Shown piece by piece: positions 33,348 through 40,059 of a stretch of 40,059 nucleotides of DNA (within the stretch, counting starts at the first letter, position 1; each line of letters opens with the position of its first letter). The position numbers and the translations under genes are program-made. Source of the DNA: an uncultured Haemophilus sp. (GTDB lineage Bacteria > Pseudomonadota > Gammaproteobacteria > Enterobacterales > Pasteurellaceae). The DNA lies in assembly GCF_902466845.1 (NCBI RefSeq), contig NZ_CABQSN010000001.1. One strand, given 5' to 3'. Below the pieces are notes generated by a model that saw only the letters and a program-made list of their open reading frames with translations, searched no databases and had not been told where the DNA came from.

Positions 33348-34278
33348 AAACCACTCCCGTATTTTTTGCTTGTAATAAGCAATCTTTTACCCAGTATGCA
33401 GCACCAATCAAGCCTGCATCTTGCCCGAATTTAGCACTTTCTAATTCACAATGATAAACAGCAGGAAGCTCACTTAATAAGGATTGAACCAACGGTAAAT
33501 ACCCTTCTGCCAACCCTATGCTACCGCCAACTACGACTTTCTGCATATCTAATCCAATCTTCAAATCTGCAATTAAGTTCGCAATGGCTTGTGCTGAACG
33601 AGTCACAAGTGCGGTCGCTTTTTCATCATTTTGACGGAAACGCGCAAAAACTTCTTTCGGATCACAAGGATCATCCCATTGAGAAGAAACAGCTTCAATG
33701 GCGCGACCTGATGCAATGGCTTCAACACAGCCGCGGCGACCACAGCCACAAACAGGGCCATTAGGATCAGCCAAAGTATGACCAATATGCCCTGCAATAC
33801 CGTTTGGCTCAGTAAGTAAACGATGATTTAGAATTAAACCGCCCCCTACGCCTGTTGAAACTGTAATAAAGGTAAAGTTTTGAACATCATTAGGGTTTTG
33901 TAATTGATACTCAGCATAGGCTGCAGCTTGCACGTCATTAAGTAAACCAATCGGTTTATCGGTATGCTGTGCAATACTGTCTTTTAATGGGAATTGAGCT
34001 AATCCACCCAAATTTTTAGGGTTAAGTGCAGTCAGAATGCCTTGGTTAATAATGCCTGTTGAAGCAACGGCGACATAATCAAACTGTCCTTCATATTCTT
34101 TTAACAACTGAGCAAGGGTTTGATGCATCACTTGTGCGGCATCATCTTGTGGCGTGGAAATCTGTTTTCGCTGTTGAATTTCACCATTTTTCACTATAGC
34201 AGAAGCGATTTTCGTGCCACCAATATCTAATGCCAAACAACGCTGTAATGTCTGACCACTATCCACTGTTAATGACAT
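33340..34278 (-). CDS. nanK: N-acetylmannosamine kinase (ROK family)
   Basis: LDIGGTK, LNDVQAA, STGVGGG, GH...CGCGRRGCVE. Confidence 0.93.
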   Translation of the reverse strand: MSLTVDSGQTLQRCLALDIGGTKIASAIVKNGEIQQRKQISTPQDDAAQVMHQTLAQLLKEYEGQFDYVAVASTGIINQGILTALNPKNLGGLAQFPLKDSIAQHTDKPIGLLNDVQAAAYAEYQLQNPNDVQNFTFITVSTGVGGGLILNHRLLTEPNGIAGHIGHTLADPNGPVCGCGRRGCVEAIASGRAIEAVSSQWDDPCDPKEVFARFRQNDEKATALVTRSAQAIANLIADLKIGLDMQKVVVGGSIGLAEGYLPLVQSLLSELPAVYHCELESAKFGQDAGLIGAAYWVKDCLLQAKNTGVVYG

Positions 34279-34289
34279 GTCTTCTTCCT

Positions 34290-34979
34290 TTATTTTTTTG
34301 CTGAATGAATGGCTTTAGCAAACCAGCTTACAATATGCTCTAAACGCGTTAATGCAGAACCAACTGTCACGCAATAAGCACCAATTTCAATGGCAGTTTT
34401 CGCCAACTCAGGGGTGTTATAACGTCCTTCCGCCATGACACGACAACCTGCTGCTTTCAAATCTTTAACTAATTGATAATCAGGCTCCTCCGGCACACTA
34501 CCACCTGTGTAGCCAGACATCGTACTGCCCACGATATCAAAACCCAGTTTTTGACAGTACAAGCCTTCTTCTAAATTCGAACAATCCGCCATGGCTAAAC
34601 AGCCTAATTCGTGGATTTTTTTGACCGCACTTTCAATATCTACCGGTCTAGGACGATTTGTCCCATCCACGGCAATAATATCTGCACCGGCTTTCGCTAA
34701 ATCTTCAATATCATGCAAAAATGGGGTAATTCGCACTGGGCTGTCAGGTAAATCTCGTTTCACAATACCAATAATCGGTACATTCACAGTAGGGCGTGTT
34801 GCTTTAAGATTTTCTATGCCCTCGATACGCAATCCGGCGGCTCCACCAGTGACAGAAGCCTGTGCCATGGCTGCCACGATTTCTGGTTTATCCATCGGGC
34901 CGTCATCAACAGGCTGACAAGAAGCAATCAGACCAAATTTGATTTTATCTAAGACTTCATTATGTGATAATTTCGACAT
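34290..34979 (-). CDS. nanE: N-acetylmannosamine-6-phosphate 2-epimerase
   Basis: LIASCQ, PIIGIVK, TMSGYT, AEGRY, VGSALTR; the ATG at 34979 follows an AGGAG SD. Confidence 0.95.
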   Translation of the reverse strand: MSKLSHNEVLDKIKFGLIASCQPVDDGPMDKPEIVAAMAQASVTGGAAGLRIEGIENLKATRPTVNVPIIGIVKRDLPDSPVRITPFLHDIEDLAKAGADIIAVDGTNRPRPVDIESAVKKIHELGCLAMADCSNLEEGLYCQKLGFDIVGSTMSGYTGGSVPEEPDYQLVKDLKAAGCRVMAEGRYNTPELAKTAIEIGAYCVTVGSALTRLEHIVSWFAKAIHSAKK

Positions 34980-35064
34980 ATAAACTCCTATATTAGACAG
35001 TAACACTTGGTGTCCTTTTGGCTCTTTCGTCATTATAGTAAAACACACGCCATAAAAAAATATT

Positions 35065-35174
35065 TTTTGAAGTGTAATTTCAAAATTTGTGATCGGCTTC
35101 TCAAATTTGAGATAAAGTAACAACATCTATACAAAATATTTTTTTTTACTTTAAAATATGAAGTAATACTTCAT
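35065..35174. promoter_or_regulatory. CRP site flanked by two TGAA-N7-TTCA palindromes (candidate SiaR operators)
   Basis: TTTTGAAGTGTAATTTCAAAA (35065-35085); TGTGA-TCGGCT-TCTCA (35088-35103); ATGAAGTA-A-TACTTCAT (35158-35174). Confidence 0.72.
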
Positions 35175-35198
35175 TATTAATAAAAATAGGAGAAAAAA

Positions 35199-36665
35199 AT
35201 GAATGTGTTAGGTTATGCACAAAAAATTGGGCAAGCCTTAATGGTACCTGTTGCTGTCTTACCAGCAGCAGCTGTACTGATGGGGATTGGTTATTGGCTT
35301 GACCCAGATGGCTGGGGAGCTAACAGTCAACTTGCTGCATTTTTAATTAAATCAGGCGGTGCTATCATCGATAACATGGGCCTGCTTTTTGCCGTTGGCG
35401 TTGCTTTCGGTTTATCTAAGGACAAACATGGTTCCGCTGCACTTTCAGGTTTAGTGGGTTACTATGTGGTAACCACTCTACTTTCACCTGGCAGTGTTGC
35501 TCAGCTACAACATATCGATATAAGTGAAGTGCCAGCTGCCTTCGGGAAAATCAATAACCAATTTATTGGGATTTTGATCGGGGTGATTTCGGCTGAACTT
35601 TATAACCGCTTCTATCAAGTAGAATTGCCAAAAGCGCTTTCCTTCTTTAGCGGAAAACGCCTTGTGCCAATCGTCGTTTCTTTTGTCATGATGTTCATCA
35701 GCTTCGTATTGCTTTACATCTGGCCATATATTTTCGGCGGTTTAGTGTCATTCGGTGAAAGCATTAAAGACTTAGGTGCTGTTGGTGCAGGCCTTTACGG
35801 TTTCTTCAACCGTTTACTCATTCCTGTTGGCTTACACCATGCATTGAACTCAGTATTCTGGTTTGACGTAGCAGGCATCAATGATATTCCAAACTTCTTA
35901 GGTGGTGCAAAATCACTTGCTGAAGGCACTGCAACGGTTGGTGTAACCGGTATGTATCAAGCAGGTTTCTTCCCTGTCATGATGTTCGGTTTACCGGGTG
36001 CCGCATTAGCGATTTATCTCAGCGCTAAACCAAGCCAAAGAACTAAAGTGGCATCAATCATGCTTGCAGGTGCGTTTGCCTCATTCTTCACTGGTATCAC
36101 TGAACCATTAGAATTCTCTTTCATGTTTGTTGCACCAGTGCTTTACTTCATCCACGCAGTATTAACTGGTATTTCTGTCTTTATCGCGGCAACAATGCAT
36201 TGGATCGCAGGCTTCGGTTTCAGTGCGGGTCTCGTGGATATGGTACTTTCATCACGCAACCCATTAGCCGTTGAATGGTATATGCTCATCGTACAAGGCT
36301 TAGTATTCTTCGTGATTTACTACGTCGTATTCCGTTTCGCAATCAAAACGTTCAACTTAAAAACATTAGGTCGTACAGAAGAAGCAGAAGAAACCACTGC
36401 AGCACAACCAGCAGCGAGCCAATCTCGCGAAGAAAGAGCGGTCAAATTTATTGATGCTTTAGGTGGTGCTGATAACTTCAAAAATATTGATGCTTGTATC
36501 ACTCGCTTACGTTTAAGCTTAGTGGACCAACACAAAATTAATGAAGAACAGCTTAAGTCTCTTGGTGCAAAAGGTATCGTGAAAATTGGTAACGATGGCT
36601 TACAAGTGGTTCTCGGCCCTGAAGCTGAACTTGTGGCAGAAGCCATGAAACAAAAAGTAAAATAA
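35199..36665 (+). CDS. nagE: PTS N-acetylglucosamine-type transporter EIICB (no fused EIIA)
   Basis: ALMVPVAVLP, GLHHALN, GITEP, EIIB cysteine motif DACITRLR; 488 aa. Confidence 0.87.
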   Translation: MNVLGYAQKIGQALMVPVAVLPAAAVLMGIGYWLDPDGWGANSQLAAFLIKSGGAIIDNMGLLFAVGVAFGLSKDKHGSAALSGLVGYYVVTTLLSPGSVAQLQHIDISEVPAAFGKINNQFIGILIGVISAELYNRFYQVELPKALSFFSGKRLVPIVVSFVMMFISFVLLYIWPYIFGGLVSFGESIKDLGAVGAGLYGFFNRLLIPVGLHHALNSVFWFDVAGINDIPNFLGGAKSLAEGTATVGVTGMYQAGFFPVMMFGLPGAALAIYLSAKPSQRTKVASIMLAGAFASFFTGITEPLEFSFMFVAPVLYFIHAVLTGISVFIAATMHWIAGFGFSAGLVDMVLSSRNPLAVEWYMLIVQGLVFFVIYYVVFRFAIKTFNLKTLGRTEEAEETTAAQPAASQSREERAVKFIDALGGADNFKNIDACITRLRLSLVDQHKINEEQLKSLGAKGIVKIGNDGLQVVLGPEAELVAEAMKQKVK

Positions 36666-36678
36666 AATACACTAAATG

Positions 36679-36712
36679 AAATGCCGACTCAGAAATGGGT
36701 CGGTATTTTTTT
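36679..36712 (+). terminator. Intrinsic terminator of nagE
   Basis: AAATGCCGACTCA-GAAA-TGGGTCGGTATTTTTTT. Confidence 0.85.
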
Positions 36713-36810
36713 GCCAAAAATAAAGTAAAAAATGACCGCACTTTAGCTGATAATTTCTCGTTCGAAGTGAGTTAAATGAAAGTTTGAAAATTGAAGATTG
36801 TTTTGAAGGG

Positions 36811-37015
36811 TGGTGGAACTAAGCAGAATTGGTCTTAACAGCAAGTGGCTTACTGCATCGCATCCCTGCGGGATTTCTACCTAGCCCACCATAGATTTAA
36901 AGCATCTCTGGGGTTCCAGTCTGCGATATAAAATTAAAAGATTAAGAATCTTTTAAAAGCCACTTATATATTCAGGAGACCAATCCTGACTTCCAAACAA
37001 ACAACGTTGAAAGGC
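36811..37015 (-). ncRNA. Candidate structured non-coding RNA of unknown family
   Basis: Own sigma70 promoter, no ORF over about 15 codons, several nested helices (see findings); both ends are inferred. Confidence 0.62.
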
Positions 37016-37021
37016 AGTGGT

Positions 37022-37050
37022 ATGATAGAAGTCTTCCGCAATTTTGTCAA
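37022..37050 (-). promoter_or_regulatory. Near-consensus sigma70 promoter with no downstream CDS
   Basis: TTGACA (37050-37045), 17 nt spacer, TATCAT (37027-37022). Confidence 0.8.
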
Positions 37051-37140
37051 TTAAGATATTGCACTAAAAGAAGTATTTTTTCGCTTTTCGTATAAAAATT
37101 AACAAAGGCATTTCAACTATCACATCAATGTAACAAAAAC

Positions 37141-37172
37141 AAAATAACCGTCTTATTAAAGACGGTTATTTT
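37141..37172 (-). terminator. Intrinsic terminator of crp
   Basis: AAAATAACCGTCTT-ATTA-AAGACGGTTATTTT perfect inverted repeat. Confidence 0.85.
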
Positions 37173-37174
37173 TG

Positions 37175-37843
37175 CTATCGAGTGCCGTAAACCACAATGG
37201 TTTTACCGTGCGCATGAATTAGATTTTGATCTTCCAGCATCTTAATTATTCGCCCTACGGTCTCACGTGAACAGCCCACCATTTGACCAATTTCCTGACG
37301 AGTAATTTTAATCTGCATACCATCAGGATGAGTCATGGCTTCAGGTTGTTTTGCTAGATGCATAAGCGCCTGAGCAATACGGCCTGCCACATCTAAAAAG
37401 GCCAAGTTAGTCACTTGTCGCGATGTATTTTGCAAGCGTTTTGATAACTGAGCAGTAAGGAACATTAAAATTTCAGGATTAATTTGAATCAGCTGACGAT
37501 ATTTTTTATAGGAAATTTCCGCAATTTCACAAGGCGTTTTCGTTTTCACCCAAGCAGAACGTTTCGAACCTTCGTCAAATAAACCCGCCTCACCAAAAAA
37601 TTGTCCGGCACCTAAATAAGATAAAATCATCTCTTTGCCTTCATCATCTTTCGATGAAACCATCACGGTTCCTTTAATTAAGAAATATAAAATATTGGCA
37701 TCTTCACCCGCATGAATTAAGGTCGATTTTGCTGGATATTTATGTAAATGACAGTGAGTAAGGAACCAATCCAGAGCAGGATCGCGCTGCTGATCATCGT
37801 CCTGCGGCTTTTGTTCTTCTAGTAATTCTACATCTTCTGACAT
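37175..37843 (-). CDS. crp: cAMP receptor protein
   Basis: [44 protein letters not shown]. Confidence 0.98.
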   Translation of the reverse strand: MSEDVELLEEQKPQDDDQQRDPALDWFLTHCHLHKYPAKSTLIHAGEDANILYFLIKGTVMVSSKDDEGKEMILSYLGAGQFFGEAGLFDEGSKRSAWVKTKTPCEIAEISYKKYRQLIQINPEILMFLTAQLSKRLQNTSRQVTNLAFLDVAGRIAQALMHLAKQPEAMTHPDGMQIKITRQEIGQMVGCSRETVGRIIKMLEDQNLIHAHGKTIVVYGTR

Positions 37844-37859
37844 ATAAGCTCCTATTGAT

Positions 37860-38078
37860 TCATTTTAGAAATTCCATTTTATCTTTGATATCAATGGATT
37901 CATGTAATTCTGACCAAACAATCACTGCACTTCCATTGTGAATTTTGTTTAGTAGGTGTTGTTTTTTTTGTTCTAACGAAAATTCGTGTGAACCATAATC
38001 AGTACCTTCTCTAAGTACCACACTTTCCACAATATTTTCTAAGGTTTCTGTTGGCAATTCTTGCCACGGAATAATCAT
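37860..38078 (-). CDS. yheU: YheU family (UPF0270) protein
   Basis: MIIPWQEL...REGTDYG motif; ATG at 38078. Confidence 0.88.
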   Translation of the reverse strand: MIIPWQELPTETLENIVESVVLREGTDYGSHEFSLEQKKQHLLNKIHNGSAVIVWSELHESIDIKDKMEFLK

Positions 38079-38099
38079 ATATTTATCAACTAAAGTCAA

Positions 38100-38753
38100 T
38101 TAAGCAAAAAGCGGTTCAAGAAAACGCCATTGCTGTTCAAAACTTTGATTTGCGCCTAAACGGAAGTTTGTGCGGACATAACGCATAAACTGCCCTTCAC
38201 AAAGGGTTACCAAGTGCCCCGCAATGATACGTTCATCCACGTTAAAACCACGTCCTTCACGTAATTTTCGCATTTGTAAAATATTCACAAATTGCATTTC
38301 AAGACGATCGAAAAATTGCGCGACACGAGCCTGTAAAAGAGGCTCTTCAAACATCAAGGCATGTCCGGTCAAAATGCGTGTCAAACCAGGATTTTTACGC
38401 GCAAAGTCGAGGATCATCTGCATAATGTCACGTACACGATTCATCGTATTGGTTTCATTGCGAATCGATGTGGTAATACGACTAAATAAATTCGCTTCGA
38501 TATTATCGATCAACGCTTCAAACATTTTGGTTTTACTTGGGAAGTAACGATAAAGTGCAGCTTCTGACACACCCACTTCTTCTGCTAAACGCGCTGTTGT
38601 CATACGCTCCATTCCGCGTTCAGAATGCAACATATGGGTAAGCACCGTCAACACTTGTTGCCGACGTTCTTTTACCGTGCGTTTTTCGATTTTTGGCGGT
38701 TTGATTTCCGCCGCAATCTCATCAACTTCTACGAGAGATAATTGTTCTACCAT
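38100..38753 (-). CDS. slmA: Nucleoid occlusion factor SlmA
   Basis: Tet[27 protein letters not shown]; downstream of dut. Confidence 0.95.
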   Translation of the reverse strand: MVEQLSLVEVDEIAAEIKPPKIEKRTVKERRQQVLTVLTHMLHSERGMERMTTARLAEEVGVSEAALYRYFPSKTKMFEALIDNIEANLFSRITTSIRNETNTMNRVRDIMQMILDFARKNPGLTRILTGHALMFEEPLLQARVAQFFDRLEMQFVNILQMRKLREGRGFNVDERIIAGHLVTLCEGQFMRYVRTNFRLGANQSFEQQWRFLEPLFA

Positions 38754-38756
38754 AGT

Positions 38757-39212
38757 CTATTTTTTACCTGAATGACCAAAACCGCCCTCACCGCGTTCAG
38801 TTTCGGTAAATTCACTAACAATATTGAATTCAGCTTGTACTACTGGCACAAAGACTAATTGTGCAATACGATCACCAACTTCAATTTTGAACGGTTCATG
38901 GCCACGATTCCATACAGACACCATTAATGGACCTAGGTAATCTGAATCAATTAAGCCCACTAAGTTACCTAATACGATACCATGTTTATGACCTAAACCC
39001 GAACGAGGCAGAATCACTGCTGCAAGGTTCGGATCGGCAATATAAATTGAAAGGCCTGTTGGAATAAGTTTGGTTTCGCCTGGTTGAATTTCAATGCCCT
39101 CTTCAAGCAATGCACGTAAATCCAAACCTGCTGAACCTTCAGTTGCATAGGTTGGTAAAGGAAATTCGTTGCCAATACGGCTATCTAAAATTTTTACATC
39201 AATTTTTTTCAT
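38757..39212 (-). CDS. dut: dUTP diphosphatase
   Basis: [35 protein letters not shown]. Confidence 0.97.
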   Translation of the reverse strand: MKKIDVKILDSRIGNEFPLPTYATEGSAGLDLRALLEEGIEIQPGETKLIPTGLSIYIADPNLAAVILPRSGLGHKHGIVLGNLVGLIDSDYLGPLMVSVWNRGHEPFKIEVGDRIAQLVFVPVVQAEFNIVSEFTETERGEGGFGHSGKK

Positions 39213-39285
39213 GCTTATTTATCCTTTAAAAGAAATCTGTCATACAAAAGTGCGGTCACAAAATCCAACGAATTTTGAACGTATT

Positions 39286-40059
39286 TTATTTGTGATAATG
39301 CTCAACAATTTCAGTGACCAACACTTCTGCCAATTTATTTTTATCGGCTAATGGCAAGGCTTTTTCGCCCGTTCTCCAAAAGATCTGCAAGGCATTTTGA
39401 TCTTGTCCGAATACTTGCCCACCCGATACATCATTAGCACAAATCATATCTAAATTTTTGCGTTGAAGTTTGCTCTTCGCATATTCAGCGACATTTTGCG
39501 TTTCAGCTGCAAAGCCCACAACAAATGGACGATCTTTTTCTAAACTTGCCACACTTGCGATAATGTCTGGATTTTTCACCAATTTAAGAGAAAGCTCATC
39601 GTTATCATTGGTTTTCTTAATTTTTTGATCAGCAACTTCCGCAACCCGATAATCTGCCACCGCGGCACAGCCAATAAAGATACGATTTTTGACCGCACTT
39701 TCAAGAGAGGCTTGCCACATTTCATGGGCGGTTGTCACATCAATGCGATGAACATTTTTCGGTGTAGCCAAATTAACAGGCCCCGCAATTAAGGTGACAT
39801 TTGCCCCACGCTTTGCAAAAGCCTCGGCAATTGCAAAGCCCATTTTACCTGAGCTGTGATTAGAAATATAACGAACAGGATCGATAGCTTCACGCGTTGG
39901 ACCTGCAGTAATAGTGACACTTAAATCAGCTAAATCCTGCTGAACAGCAAAAAGTGATTGAAGCGATTCAAAAATTTCAGCGGGTTCAGACATTCTCCCT
40001 GCACCCATATCACCGCAAGCCTGAAAGCCACTATTTGGCCCAACAAAATGAATGCCTCG
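39286..40059 (-). CDS. coaBC: Bifunctional CoaBC (Dfp), 3' part; start lies beyond the window end
   Basis: The frame stays open to the edge ([17 protein letters not shown]); [35 protein letters not shown]. Confidence 0.96.
   Translation of the reverse strand, partial: RGIHFVGPNSGFQACGDMGAGRMSEPAEIFESLQSLFAVQQDLADLSVTITAGPTREAIDPVRYISNHSSGKMGFAIAEAFAKRGANVTLIAGPVNLATPKNVHRIDVTTAHEMWQASLESAVKNRIFIGCAAVADYRVAEVADQKIKKTNDNDELSLKLVKNPDIIASVASLEKDRPFVVGFAAETQNVAEYAKSKLQRKNLDMICANDVSGGQVFGQDQNALQIFWRTGEKALPLADKNKLAEVLVTEIVEHYHK

Larger units (their letters stand above)
18..39700. repeat. Dispersed Hin-type DNA uptake signal sequences (AAGTGCGGT/ACCGCACTT)
   Basis: About 30 exact copies counted by eye, e.g. 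18, 2650, 3457, 5107, 6304, 6391, 8782, 10118, 11509, 16140, 17103, 17389, 17975, 19132, 19149, 20821, 22133, 23098, 25832, 26188, 28528, 29508, 30691, 31569, 32533, 33607, 34624, 36735, 39248, 39692. Confidence 0.93.

Noticed and set aside
34980..35126. 49-aa N-terminal extension of nanE in the ORF track
   Set aside because: It runs through the operator and CRP sites; a good SD and ATG lie at 34979
36819..36863. Small ORF MRCSKPLAVKTNSA inside the candidate RNA as a type I toxin
   Set aside because: Only 14 codons, not hydrophobic, SD too close to the start, and no antisense promoter seen
36811..37015. Calling the candidate RNA 6S (ssrS), tmRNA or a tRNA
   Set aside because: The length and rod-with-bubble shape recall 6S, and the TCCACCA end recalls tRNA/tmRNA. 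But there is no T-loop (GTTCRA), no tag ORF, only scraps of similarity to gammaproteobacterial 6S, and no zapA/ygfA context.
1729..39351. The remaining short overlapping ORFs in the track (e.g. 13905-14273, 21920-22282, 32995-33375, 36320-36646)
   Set aside because: Antisense or alternate-frame shadows of well-conserved genes, with no motifs or independent expression signals
1..40059. CRISPR array, IS, integrase, prophage or phase-variable simple repeats
   Set aside because: None seen; the only recurring motif is the irregularly spaced uptake sequence

Overview
A 40 kb stretch of core chromosome from a Pasteurellaceae bacterium. About 30 exact Hin-type DNA uptake sequences (AAGTGCGGT) and the gene content point to Haemophilus, and H. 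parainfluenzae is the best guess (inference). Left to right: ccmABCDEF (minus strand, ccmF cut by the window edge); sodA; an ICMT-family methyltransferase; rlmN-pilW-rodZ-ispG-hisS-yfgM behind a perfect CRP-S competence site; a PbpG-like peptidase; yfeABCD with a Fur box; hinT-ycfL-nagZ-rlmC; rpmH-rnpA-yidD-yidC-mnmE-mntP-ppiD divergent from dnaA-dnaN-recF; nanE-nanK-siaR-nanA-nagB-nagA divergent from a NagE-type PTS EIICB; and coaBC-dut-slmA-yheU-crp. No mobile element, prophage, CRISPR array, tRNA or rRNA was seen. The best unexplained signal is a probable stand-alone structured non-coding RNA of about 185-205 nt between crp and nagE (about 36811-37015, minus strand). It has a near-consensus sigma70 promoter, nested long-range helices, an alternative 5' hairpin and a possible ACCA 3' end. 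Secondary points: a PTS permease sits where H. influenzae has siaPT while the SiaR/CRP-like control region is kept, and mntP has no room for a Mn riboswitch. All RNA folds were worked out by eye, and comparisons with other genomes are from memory and need checking.
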